A stretch of DNA of 64,000 bases from Pseudomonadota bacterium (lineage in GTDB: Bacteria; Pseudomonadota; Gammaproteobacteria; JAKAQQ01). Made by a program: the position numbers and the translations under genes. Position 1 is the first letter of the stretch, and every line of letters begins with the position of its first letter. The stretch covers positions 265,017-329,016 of the forward strand of contig DAHVLZ010000009.1 of assembly GCA_027320085.1 (NCBI GenBank), given 5' to 3'. The notes under the pieces are model-generated. The model had not been told where the DNA came from and did no database searches. It worked only from the letters and a program-made list of their open reading frames with translations. Of the stretch, positions 30,378 through 40,171 are shown piece after piece.

Positions 30378-31448
30378 ATGCCTGAAGAAGCCATTCGCAT
30401 CCTTGATATAGCCCAGCTTTTGGAGTTCGGCGTACGAAACAACGCCTCCGACCTCCATATTTCCGCCGGCGAGCCCCCGATGATCCGGGTCGATGGAGAC
30501 ATCCGACGAATCAATTTGCCGCCCCTCGATGGAAAGAAAGTGCATGACATGATCTACGACATTATGAACGATAAACAAAGGAAGCACTTTGAGGAATTCA
30601 TGGATTGCGATTTTTCTTTTGAAATCAGTAAGCTAGCACGGTTCCGGGTCAACGCGTTCAATCAACGCAGGGGGCCAGGTGCAGTCTTCCGTACCATTCC
30701 CTCCGATGTCAAGACACTCGAGGATCTCGCCAGTCCGCCGACCTTCAAGGAACTCGTATTGCGACCCCGTGGGCTTGTCCTGGTCACCGGGCCAACCGGG
30801 TCCGGGAAGTCGACGACGCTCGCCGCCATGGTCAACCACGTCAACGAAAGTGTCATGTCCCACATTCTCACGATCGAGGACCCGATCGAGTTCGTGCACC
30901 AATCCAAGAAGTGTATTATCAACCAGAGGGAGATCCATGAGCACGCGCTCGGATTCGCAGAGGCCTTGCGTGCCGGATTGCGTGAAGATCCGGACGTGAT
31001 TTTAGTAGGTGAAATGCGTGATCTCGAAACCATCCGTCTGGCTCTCACAGCCGCCGAAACCGGTCACTTGGTTTTTGCAACCCTGCACACGAGTTCTGCC
31101 GCCAAGACAGTCGACCGTATCGTTGATGTCTTCCCGGCTGCCGAGAAGGATATGGTCCGCACCATGCTTTCCGAGTCACTGCAGGCTGTCATCTCGCAAA
31201 CCTTGCTCAAAAAGGTCGGCGGTGGACGGATTGCTGCCTACGAAATCATGACAGCCACTCCTGCGATCCGCAACCTGATTCGGGAAAACAAAGTAGCCCA
31301 GATGTACTCGGCCATCCAGACTGGGCAGGCACACGGCATGCAAACGTTGGACCAGTGCCTGTCTGAGTTGCTCCGCCGGGGCGCCATCACACGGGAGCAA
31401 GCTCGCATCAAGGCAACCAACAAAGAGCTGTTCGCCCCAGGGGGATAA
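30378..31448 (+). CDS. pilT: Type IV pilus retraction ATPase PilT
   Basis: Identity to PilT is high and near-continuous (MIRVDGDIRRINLPPL, LVLVTGPTGSGKSTTLAAM, AIRNLIRENKVAQMYSAIQTG). Confidence 0.9.
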   Translation: MPEEAIRILDIAQLLEFGVRNNASDLHISAGEPPMIRVDGDIRRINLPPLDGKKVHDMIYDIMNDKQRKHFEEFMDCDFSFEISKLARFRVNAFNQRRGPGAVFRTIPSDVKTLEDLASPPTFKELVLRPRGLVLVTGPTGSGKSTTLAAMVNHVNESVMSHILTIEDPIEFVHQSKKCIINQREIHEHALGFAEALRAGLREDPDVILVGEMRDLETIRLALTAAETGHLVFATLHTSSAAKTVDRIVDVFPAAEKDMVRTMLSESLQAVISQTLLKKVGGGRIAAYEIMTATPAIRNLIRENKVAQMYSAIQTGQAHGMQTLDQCLSELLRRGAITREQARIKATNKELFAPGG

Positions 31449-31451
31449 TTC

Positions 31452-32627
31452 ATGGACCGTGAACAAGCCATTAAGTTCGTCCACGATTTGCTGCGCATCA
31501 TGACCCAGCGCAGAGCCTCGGATCTCTTCATCGCAGCTGATTTCCCACCCGCCATGAAGATTGATGGTGAGGTCAAACCGGTATCCGACCGTCCCTTTAC
31601 TGCGGAACAGTCGGGTGTGATTGTCCGTGCCCTTTTCAATGACCGGCAGTCCCGCGAGTTCGATGCAACCAAGGAAATCAGTTTCGCAATAGCGCCGAAG
31701 GGGATTGGTCGGTTCCGGGTCAGTGCCTACGTCGAACAGGGACGGTTGGGTGCAGTTCTCCGCACGATTAATACACAGGTCCCCACAGTTGCCGAACTTG
31801 AGCTTCCACGGATCCTGGAAGACATCTCTCTCACCAAACGCGGGCTCGTGCTGGTGGTCGGAGCAACCGGCTCGGGAAAATCTACCACTCTGGCGGCTAT
31901 GATCCATCACCGGAATATTGTTGCTCATGACCACATTGTTACCATTGAGGATCCCATTGAGTATGTCCACGGTCATGGATCCTGCCTGGTCACCCAGCGC
32001 GAACTGGGCGTGGATACCGAATCTTGGGGGGCCGCCCTCAAAAATACACTGCGACAAGCGCCTGACGTCATCTTGATTGGGGAGATTCGAGATCCTGAAA
32101 CCATGTCATACGCCGTTGAGTTCGCCGAAACCGGACACCTCTGTCTCAGCACCCTGCATGCCAACAATGCCAACCAAGCGTTGGACCGAATCATTAATCT
32201 CTATCCCAAAGAACGGCGTCAGCAGTTGCTCATGGACCTTTCGCTGAACCTCAAAGCCATGGTCTCCCAGCGCCTCCTCCGACGGGCAAGCGGTACCGGC
32301 CGAGTGGCAGCCTTGGAAATCCTGGTCAACACGCCGTTGGCCGCTGACCTGATCTTCAAGGGTGAAATTGCCGAGCTCAAGGAACTAATGGCAAAGTCAG
32401 TCAACGCTGGTATGCAAACATTCGACCAAGCGATTTTTGACCTTTACGAGAACGGTACCATTAGCTACGAGGAGGCACTCCGCAATGCCGACTCACAGAA
32501 TGAGCTACGCCTCCGGATTAAGCTCGAAAGCAAACGGGCTTCACGACCAGACGATTCCGAGCTTGATCAGCTTCATTTATCGGAACCGGAAACGGCGCAA
32601 CCCAAGTCACTTCGTCCCGGAAAATAA
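31452..32627 (+). CDS. pilU: Type IV pilus ATPase PilU
   Basis: It shows the PilU-type sequence (GIGRFRVSAY, GATGSGKSTTLAAMI, HANNANQALDRI) and has the characteristic C-terminal extension. Confidence 0.9.
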   Translation: MDREQAIKFVHDLLRIMTQRRASDLFIAADFPPAMKIDGEVKPVSDRPFTAEQSGVIVRALFNDRQSREFDATKEISFAIAPKGIGRFRVSAYVEQGRLGAVLRTINTQVPTVAELELPRILEDISLTKRGLVLVVGATGSGKSTTLAAMIHHRNIVAHDHIVTIEDPIEYVHGHGSCLVTQRELGVDTESWGAALKNTLRQAPDVILIGEIRDPETMSYAVEFAETGHLCLSTLHANNANQALDRIINLYPKERRQQLLMDLSLNLKAMVSQRLLRRASGTGRVAALEILVNTPLAADLIFKGEIAELKELMAKSVNAGMQTFDQAIFDLYENGTISYEEALRNADSQNELRLRIKLESKRASRPDDSELDQLHLSEPETAQPKSLRPGK

Positions 32628-32666
32628 TCTCCTGCCAACTCCCCGATACCCTGTCTGGAAACTTAG

Positions 32667-33722
32667 ATGAATCTAGAACCTTATCTGCGCCTGATGGCCG
32701 AAAGAGCCGCCTCGGATTTGTACCTGACCACAGGCTCGCCCATCAAGATCCGAGTCCAAGGGAGAGTTCTATCTGTGGGCCGGACTCCACTCGACGAATC
32801 GATGATCAGGGAAGCGACCCTTGGCATCATGAATGAAGCACTGATCAACCAGTTCGAGAATCGTCACCAAGCTGAATTCCCCCTGGAAATTACCGGAGTA
32901 GGGCGTTACCGGGTGAATGTGTTTCTCGAACGAGGCCGGGTTGCCATGGCCATCCGTTTTATTCCGATCAAGATCCCTGAATTGGACACCTTGGGGTTAC
33001 CTGGAGTTTTGAAGGAGCTGATTCGTGCACCAAGAGGACTCATCCTTGTCGTGGGCGCGACAGGTGCTGGGAAATCCACAACCCTGGCTTCCTTGATTGA
33101 CTACCGTAATGCACACCAGGCGGACCATATTCTCACCATTGAGGATCCCATCGAGTACGTCTACGAAAACCGCCTCTCGATTGTGAATCAACGTGAGGTC
33201 GGGAACGACGTTCTGAGTTACGCAGATGCCTTGCGTAGCGCATTGCGCGCGACACCCGATGTTCTGCTTATTGGTGAAATTCGGGACTCAGAGACCATGT
33301 CTGCCGCAGTTGAAATGGCCGCGACGGGCCACCTCACCTTGGCCACACTCCATACCAGCAATGCCCATCAGACCCTTGAACGGATCCTCAACTTGTACTC
33401 CGAATCGGCCCAGAAACTGGTACTGACTGACCTTTCAATCAACATGCGGGCAATCATCGCCCAGCGGCTGGTTCCCAATGTGGATGCGAAACTGGTTGCA
33501 GCTGTCGAAATCCTGCTCAATACCCCACATATGGCGGACTTGATTCACAAGGGAGAACTCGGTATGTTGCGTGAAGCCATGGAGTCGAGCCATGAAATTG
33601 GAATGCAAACATTCGATACGGCGCTCTACCAGCTCTACCGGGACGGCATCATTGACCTCAAGACCGGACTGAACTATGCCGATTCCCGAACCAACCTTGA
33701 AAACAAGATCCGTTTCGGCTGA
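32667..33722 (+). CDS. Third PilT/PilU-family ATPase paralog (PilU-like)
   Basis: A 351-aa protein with Walker A GATGAGKSTTLASL and the His box HTSNAHQTLERI. It is closest to the PilU subfamily. Confidence 0.85.
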   Translation: MNLEPYLRLMAERAASDLYLTTGSPIKIRVQGRVLSVGRTPLDESMIREATLGIMNEALINQFENRHQAEFPLEITGVGRYRVNVFLERGRVAMAIRFIPIKIPELDTLGLPGVLKELIRAPRGLILVVGATGAGKSTTLASLIDYRNAHQADHILTIEDPIEYVYENRLSIVNQREVGNDVLSYADALRSALRATPDVLLIGEIRDSETMSAAVEMAATGHLTLATLHTSNAHQTLERILNLYSESAQKLVLTDLSINMRAIIAQRLVPNVDAKLVAAVEILLNTPHMADLIHKGELGMLREAMESSHEIGMQTFDTALYQLYRDGIIDLKTGLNYADSRTNLENKIRFG

Positions 33723-35742
33723 ATATTCAACCGTCCCCGTATCTCTCCGCATCATTCCAAGAGTTCTGGGAGTCGGGAGCCTTGTCGCGCTTTGCCTGCT
33801 ACCGGCCTTCGGAGCCGGCCCCACCAAGACGATAAAGAGTGGCACTTCCCTTGTTGCGCCCGGCTTTGCCAATTCCCGCGCCATCCATGTCAGTCTATCC
33901 CCCAACGGCCATTGGCTGGCCATCGCAGGGTATTTCGGTGCTGCCCACCAAGAAGGACTGGCTCTCCTCAACCTGAGGGAGCCCCGCTATGACCAGCGCC
34001 TGCACGTAGTCCGCAAAAGCCAGATCAACCATCTACGGTGGGCAGGGCCCCACGTTCTGCTAGCCACGACCCGGATCAAGCTGCCAGGCTACCGCAAAAC
34101 CCTTCGGAGTGGAGAGATTTGGGCCATCCACCTGATTCATCATCACGCCCAAAGTAGCCTCCTTGCCGGATATCGGAAACAAGGCCTTGCGTTCAACATC
34201 GCTATTTACCTGATCCTGTCCCCACTCGACCATGATCCAGACCGGGTGGTAGTCGAGCGCTATTCTTCCGTTGACCTTGCACCGGAGACCGACATCCTAA
34301 ATGTCCAAACCGGCCTCATGCTGCGTGGGATCCATAGTCCACTGACAAACGGACAACTATTAACCGACAACGACGGGCATGTGCGTCTAGCCTTCGGTAC
34401 GAACGCACTCACCGGACAAATCGAGTTATGGTTCCGGAAACCACATACCCTGGAATGGAAGAATTTGAGCTTTCTCCTCAAGAACTTTGGGCCGGCATCA
34501 AATGTGAGACCCCTCGGGTTTCTACCTGGCAATCGCCACTTTTACCTCCTCCGGACCAGTCATTACGGCACCCTTGGGCTTTATGCCGTAAACCCTGACA
34601 ACGGGAGAGAAACCCGGCTCTATGTCAATCCCAAAAACGATATCCTGAGGATTGCCCGGTCGCCCTCCGGGCGGGTTTATGCGGTCTGGGTGGGGATCCA
34701 GAAACCACACTGGGTTGTGATTGCCCCCAAAAACCGCGAAGCCGAATGGCTTAGATTACTTTCACCGGTCTTCCGCAACCAGCGGGTCACCATCCGGGAC
34801 GTCACCCGTGATCGCACCATGGCTTTGATCCGCGTCCGGGGAGATCGCAATGCGGGAGAATACTATCTCTTCGATCCCAAAAGACACCTCTTGCGATATC
34901 TCCTGAGTACACAACCGGGAATAGCGCCACCTGAACTGTCTTCTTGGCACACGTTCATGCTCCCTTGGCGTGGCCTCAAAGAACCGGTCTATCTGGCTTA
35001 TCCGCACGGTCCGGCCCGTGACCGCAAGGGTTTGGTCGTCTGGATCCATGGGCACCCCTTCGAGGAAGGCATACGCTGGCGTTCTGATCCTCGCCTCCAA
35101 GAACTCACACGCCATGGTTTCGTAGTTATGGAAGTTGACTACCCGGGTTCCTTTGGCCGTGGGAAAGTCTGGCGCCAACTGGGGTACCACCAATGGGGTA
35201 GAACCATGCTGGATGGGATCTGGGCCGCAGTTCGCTGGGTGGCTGGACAGCACGGGATCCCCTTTGGCCGGCTGGCTCTGGCAGGGCATGGTTACGGCGG
35301 ATATGCCGCACTCATGCTCGGAGCCGAGCACCCCAGGCAGGTTCGGGCAATCGTGAGCCTGAACGGCATTTATGAACTGTCGTTGCTGAGAACGCCTGAG
35401 GAGCGATTATGGCGTTCGCCTTTTGGCAGGCGGTTCCTGAATACGGTACTTGGGCATCAACACCTCAATGCCGACTCTCCTCTTGCCCGTGCCCGATCAA
35501 TACGTGCACCAGTTTTCCTGATCCATGGAGGAAGAGACTCCAGGGATCCTTCCGGTGGAGAAAACCATCTTGTATTGATCCTCAAAGAACACTCTGTTCT
35601 GGTCCGGCTCCTTGAAGAACCCACCCAAGGCTGGCATTTCACAGGCGCTCGCACCCGCTCCAAGATTTGGCGTGGGATCGCAACTTTCCTGAACCAGGCA
35701 TTTGCGTCAGGGTCTCCCCTCACCCCGATCCACCGTGACTGA
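33676..35742 (+). CDS. Prolyl-oligopeptidase (S9) family homolog with beta-propeller N-domain; nucleophile Ser replaced by Gly
   Basis: The catalytic-domain elbow reads GHGYGG instead of GxSYGG (Gly codon ggt at 35290-35292). Asp (HGGRDSRD) and His (GWHF) are retained. There is an N-terminal signal-like segment. The start is uncertain because of a 47-nt overlap with the upstream gene. Confidence 0.65.
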   Translation: MPIPEPTLKTRSVSAEYSTVPVSLRIIPRVLGVGSLVALCLLPAFGAGPTKTIKSGTSLVAPGFANSRAIHVSLSPNGHWLAIAGYFGAAHQEGLALLNLREPRYDQRLHVVRKSQINHLRWAGPHVLLATTRIKLPGYRKTLRSGEIWAIHLIHHHAQSSLLAGYRKQGLAFNIAIYLILSPLDHDPDRVVVERYSSVDLAPETDILNVQTGLMLRGIHSPLTNGQLLTDNDGHVRLAFGTNALTGQIELWFRKPHTLEWKNLSFLLKNFGPASNVRPLGFLPGNRHFYLLRTSHYGTLGLYAVNPDNGRETRLYVNPKNDILRIARSPSGRVYAVWVGIQKPHWVVIAPKNREAEWLRLLSPVFRNQRVTIRDVTRDRTMALIRVRGDRNAGEYYLFDPKRHLLRYLLSTQPGIAPPELSSWHTFMLPWRGLKEPVYLAYPHGPARDRKGLVVWIHGHPFEEGIRWRSDPRLQELTRHGFVVMEVDYPGSFGRGKVWRQLGYHQWGRTMLDGIWAAVRWVAGQHGIPFGRLALAGHGYGGYAALMLGAEHPRQVRAIVSLNGIYELSLLRTPEERLWRSPFGRRFLNTVLGHQHLNADSPLARARSIRAPVFLIHGGRDSRDPSGGENHLVLILKEHSVLVRLLEEPTQGWHFTGARTRSKIWRGIATFLNQAFASGSPLTPIHRD

Positions 35743-37831
35743 ATCCGGCGTGGGAATCGACAAACCCCCAACCCCCAAGGCCCGCAAACCGCTGCCCCCG
35801 GACGCTGAATCCTTCATTTCGGAAATCGTCCGCTGGGGGTTTCATGGACTTGAAGATCTGCTGTTTGATCTCCCGCTGCGCTACGAAGACGAAACCCAAA
35901 TCACACCCATCGGGGCACTGGCACCAGGTCAGTCCGCGTTGGTCCAGGGAAAAGTTGAACTAGCCGATATCCGATACATACCTCGTCGTCAGCTGTTATG
36001 CCGCATTGCCGATGGAAGCGGTCACTTGCACCTACGGTTCTTTCACTTTTACAACTCGCAACATGTCGGATTTAAGCGAGGTTTGACGGTCCGGGCATTT
36101 GGCACCCTACGGGAAGGTGGGCTGGGCCGGGAGTTTATCCATCCGCGATACCGGGTTTTCAAGGGCAGTCTGCCTCCGCTTAAACGGAACCTGACCGCAG
36201 TCTATTCCAAGCGGGCCGGAGTGGAGTCGCGCCATCAGGAACGACTGATTGCCATGGCACTCGACCTCATGGAACAAAAACAGCTCGAACTACCCGATCA
36301 TCTACCTCCTACACTAATCCGGCCATGGGCTTCCTGCAGTCTTCTGGAAGCACTGCGTGGTGTACACCAGCCCCCAGCTGGCCTCCCACTGGAATCACTC
36401 GAGAATTGGCTCAAACCTTATCAAAGGCGACTGGCCTTTGAGGAACTGCTCGCTCATGCCTTGTCACTGCGAAAAATCCGAATGGTCTGGGAACGTGCAC
36501 GAAGCCACCCTCTTACTATTCCCGCCAAACCACTGGCCCATTTTCTCAAAACCCTGCCCTGGGAATTGACCGGAGCCCAGCAACGTACTTGGCATGAGAT
36601 CGAATGCGACCTCTCCAGTGGAAAACCCATGCTCCGGCTTCTACAGGGAGATGTCGGTTCCGGGAAAACCCTGCTTGCCATTCTGGCCGCTTGGGCTACT
36701 TTGATAAATCGAGGACAGGTCGCCGTGATGGCCCCGACCGAACTCCTCGCTGACCAGCATTACACCACCTTTCAGAGATTTCTTTCCCCACTGGAGAAAC
36801 CTGTTCTGAGACTGGCTTCCCGCTCCCCGAAAAGCCAGCGACGCCTGATTCTGGAGTGCCTTGCCGCGGGCACACCCTGTGTGGTTATCGGAACTCAAAA
36901 CCTGTTCCAAAATGAAGTCGTCTTTGGCCATCTGACGACCGTCATCATTGATGAACAGCACCGATTCGGAGTCGAACAACGTCTGGATCTGGTCAACAAA
37001 GGCACCCGGACACGCCCCCACCAACTCATCATGACGGCCACACCGATCCCCCGTACCTTGGCGATGTCACTGTATGCAGGCCTGGATCAATCTCGTCTCG
37101 ACGAACTCCCACCGGGTCGCCAAGGGATCTCGACAACGATTTTCCCAGCCGAGCGACGCGCTGAAATCATGTCGCGGCTGCAGGCATTGTGTGAGAAAGG
37201 TCAGCGAATCTTCTGGGTATGCCCAAGAATCGAGGAAAACGAGGGTTCCGGTGGCCGTGCGGCAGAAACAGCGCTTGAGGACCTCCGAAGGACTCTTCCC
37301 CAACTTCCCGTAGGCCTGCTACATGGACGGGTTGGCGGTCCTGAGCGACAGCAGATCATTGAGGGATTCCGGGATGGTCGGATCCCGATTCTCGTCAGCA
37401 CGACTGTCGTCGAAGTCGGAGTTGATATCCCGGAAGCGACAGTCATGGTAGTTGACGGCGCGGAGCGATTGGGCCTCTTGCAGTTGCATCAGCTGCGTGG
37501 CCGTGTTGGCCGAGGGTCACAGCCGGGCCAATGCCTGTTGATCTATGAAACCCTTTCTCCGGATGCCCGTTCACGTCTTGAGGTCATGCGGCAAAGCAGT
37601 GACGGGTTTTGGATTGCGGAACAGGATCTTGAAATCAGAGGGCCGGGTGAGATCTGGGGGGCGCGGCAGAGCGGAGGATTGAACTTCCGCGTTGCCCAGC
37701 TTTACCGGGACCGAGACCTCCTTACACTCATTCCTGAGGCCACCCAAAGGCTGGCTAACGAAAATCCTGAGACCATTGAACCTTTGGTCGCTCGCTGGAT
37801 AGGAGGAGACCTGCGTTTCGGCAGTGCCTGA
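35702..37831 (+). CDS. recG: ATP-dependent DNA helicase RecG
   Basis: It has a wedge domain plus SF2 helicase motifs (GDVGSGKT, DEQHRFG, TATPIPRT, QLRGRVGRG) over ~700 aa. Confidence 0.85.
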   Translation: MRQGLPSPRSTVTESGVGIDKPPTPKARKPLPPDAESFISEIVRWGFHGLEDLLFDLPLRYEDETQITPIGALAPGQSALVQGKVELADIRYIPRRQLLCRIADGSGHLHLRFFHFYNSQHVGFKRGLTVRAFGTLREGGLGREFIHPRYRVFKGSLPPLKRNLTAVYSKRAGVESRHQERLIAMALDLMEQKQLELPDHLPPTLIRPWASCSLLEALRGVHQPPAGLPLESLENWLKPYQRRLAFEELLAHALSLRKIRMVWERARSHPLTIPAKPLAHFLKTLPWELTGAQQRTWHEIECDLSSGKPMLRLLQGDVGSGKTLLAILAAWATLINRGQVAVMAPTELLADQHYTTFQRFLSPLEKPVLRLASRSPKSQRRLILECLAAGTPCVVIGTQNLFQNEVVFGHLTTVIIDEQHRFGVEQRLDLVNKGTRTRPHQLIMTATPIPRTLAMSLYAGLDQSRLDELPPGRQGISTTIFPAERRAEIMSRLQALCEKGQRIFWVCPRIEENEGSGGRAAETALEDLRRTLPQLPVGLLHGRVGGPERQQIIEGFRDGRIPILVSTTVVEVGVDIPEATVMVVDGAERLGLLQLHQLRGRVGRGSQPGQCLLIYETLSPDARSRLEVMRQSSDGFWIAEQDLEIRGPGEIWGARQSGGLNFRVAQLYRDRDLLTLIPEATQRLANENPETIEPLVARWIGGDLRFGSA

Positions 37832-37913
37832 TTCCGATGCCGAGGTTCGTGACTATAATAACTGGATCTCCAGCATCACTCTTGCGTTTCGGAACCATTT
37901 GGTTTTCTCCTGT

Positions 37914-38484
37914 TATGAAACAACAATTTTTACAGAGTCATGGCTGGCATCAACCGGAGTGGTGGAGTAGCGCTCGTGACGACCCAGTCTGGCCGTGGCT
38001 TACTGACGAAGGTTCTCTGACCGCAAAGCTCAGAAAATGGGCAGGAGAACATCTCCGTTTGGTTCCATTTATGGAAGTACACACGGCTTTCGATTCGGAT
38101 GACATGCGCTTTCTTGGCTCGTCCACATCCGTTGCCGGACTCCGTCGTGAGGTCGCTTTTTTTTCGGAGTCGGAACCCTGGGTATTTGCCTCCACCCTGA
38201 TTCCAGACGAAACACTCAAAGAGGAGCCTTGGTTAGTTCATCTCGGAACCACTCCGCTTGGCGATCGTTTGTTTGGAGAAAAAAGGGGTCAGCGGATCAG
38301 GCTCGAAATCGCCCAGATCCGGACTGGGCACCCGCTCTATGAAGCATCCCGCTGCCAACTGGGCCGCCTACCCACCTGGTTTTGGGCACGTCGCTCACTT
38401 TTCCGAGTGGGCCACCATTCACTCATCGTCCAGGACGGCTTCATAGGATTCAGGGCCCCCTGGAGAGGAACTTCGATCCTCTGA
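37914..38484 (+). CDS. ubiC: Chorismate pyruvate-lyase
   Basis: WLTDEGSLTAKL and LGTTPLGDRLF match the UbiC motifs (LLEDSMTKRF and LGKTPLGRYLF in E. coli). The start is taken at MKQQF. Confidence 0.6.
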
Positions 38485-38617
38485 ATCCCATCCCGTCCAG
38501 ATTTGGCATCCGTGAGCCAGTGCTATAGGATAGCGGGCACATACTGGAGATTTTAATTCCAGTTCACTCCCAACTCGGCCGTGATGGCCCCTCCCCAGCA
38601 ATGCAGGAGAGTGCACC

Positions 38618-40156
38618 GTGCGACAAATCGTCAAAAACAGTTTACTGGTCGTTTTGAGCGTGACTTCAGCCGGAGCTTGGGCACGCCTGCCAGTTCATGA
38701 ACCCGTCGCTCCTGCCCACCCGATTCTCGGGCGCCGCATTGTCAGCCACGGGGTGGTTGTGGTGGATGGCCGCCGCATCCCTTATACGGCAACCGCGGGA
38801 ACTCTTATTCTCAAAAACAAAAAGAACCAGCCAACAGCTAGCATGTTTTATGTGGCCTATACCCGTTCTGGCGTCCGCCACCTCTCGCAGCGACCGATCA
38901 CATTCGTCTACAACGGTGGACCTGGTTCATCCTCCGTATGGCTACTCATGGGTGGACTCGGTGCTGTCCGGGTTGTCACAGCCAACGCTCGGGTCACCCC
39001 GCCACCACCTTACCCCGTGATTTCCAGCCCATCGAGCCTGTTACCGGTCACCGATCTGGTATTCATTGATGCTGTTGGCACCGGATACAGCCATGTGGTT
39101 GGGGTTGGCCGGGACAAAGATTTCTGGGGAGTCGATGACGACGTGCGCTCTTTTGGACAATTTATTGAGCGCTACATCAGCCAGAACAACCGCTGGAACT
39201 CACCCAAGTTCCTGCTTGGAGAAAGCTATGGGACCACCCGATCGGCCAATCTTGTGGATTACCTCGAGGGGCAAGGAATCACCTGTAATGGCGTGATCCT
39301 GCTTTCCTCTATCTTGAACTACGGGGATTCCTGGCCCGGTACCGATCTGCGTTACATAACCTACCTGCCTTCCTATACGGCAGTCGCCTGGTATCACCAT
39401 GCCTTGCCTGAGCAACCGGCACATCTTGCCCCTCTCATCCGCAAGGTCGAGCAGTTTGCCCGAACCTCCTACGCTTATGCCCTTTTCCAGGGGAGTCGTC
39501 TCAGCCCGGCCAAGAAAGCTGCCGTTCTGGCCACGCTGCATCAATATACAGGCCTCAGTACCGGCTTTCTCGAGGCGGTCCACCTACGGGTCACTCCGGA
39601 CCGTTTTAGAGCGCAACTGCTAAGAGATCGAGGCCGTGAACAGTTTGTTGGCCGGCTTGATGCACGCTTCACAGGGATCAATCGGGATGGGGCCGAGGAA
39701 TCCCCGGACTACGGGGCGCTCATGGCCGCCGTTTCGCCCGCTTTCACGGCGGCATTCAACTGGTATGTCCGCGAACGCCTGCATTACAGCGCTCATCGCG
39801 CCTATCGGGTGATGAACGGGCAGGTTATCCAGAAGTGGAACTGGAATCACCGGTTTCCGGGAGCTGGTTACTCCTGGCCCTTGCCTGATGTTGCACCCAA
39901 CCTGGCGGATGCGATGAGGAAAAACCCCTATCTCCAGATTTTTTCAGGCAATGGATATTTTGACCTCGCAACACCGTTTTACAAGACCGAGTTCGACTTT
40001 GCCCATATGAAACTCCCTCATCGCCTCATGACACGAATCCATTTTCACTTCTACCACTCCGGGCATATGCTCTACCTTCACCCAGCCACCCTGGCTCATC
40101 TTGACCGCAATCTGATCCAGTTCTATCACATGGTTCTTGCCAGAGATCACCAGTAA
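38618..40156 (+). CDS. Peptidase S10 (serine carboxypeptidase) family protein, secreted
   Basis: It has a signal peptide and the GESYGT nucleophile motif (canonical S10 GESYAG). The overall alpha/beta carboxypeptidase length is ~510 aa. Confidence 0.65.
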   Translation: MRQIVKNSLLVVLSVTSAGAWARLPVHEPVAPAHPILGRRIVSHGVVVVDGRRIPYTATAGTLILKNKKNQPTASMFYVAYTRSGVRHLSQRPITFVYNGGPGSSSVWLLMGGLGAVRVVTANARVTPPPPYPVISSPSSLLPVTDLVFIDAVGTGYSHVVGVGRDKDFWGVDDDVRSFGQFIERYISQNNRWNSPKFLLGESYGTTRSANLVDYLEGQGITCNGVILLSSILNYGDSWPGTDLRYITYLPSYTAVAWYHHALPEQPAHLAPLIRKVEQFARTSYAYALFQGSRLSPAKKAAVLATLHQYTGLSTGFLEAVHLRVTPDRFRAQLLRDRGREQFVGRLDARFTGINRDGAEESPDYGALMAAVSPAFTAAFNWYVRERLHYSAHRAYRVMNGQVIQKWNWNHRFPGAGYSWPLPDVAPNLADAMRKNPYLQIFSGNGYFDLATPFYKTEFDFAHMKLPHRLMTRIHFHFYHSGHMLYLHPATLAHLDRNLIQFYHMVLARDHQ

Positions 40157-40171
40157 ACCGGTTCGCAGGAG

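Noticed and set aside
29439-30587. A 382-aa minus-strand ORF suggesting ProC with a ~110-aa N-terminal extension
   Set aside because: The homologous ProC sequence begins at KVGVLGAGHLGG, where a GTG start with an upstream GGGAAA sits at 30260. The upstream part merely reads through the C9TTG10 hairpin and the pilT promoter. It has no Met and is low-complexity (PPPRGG).
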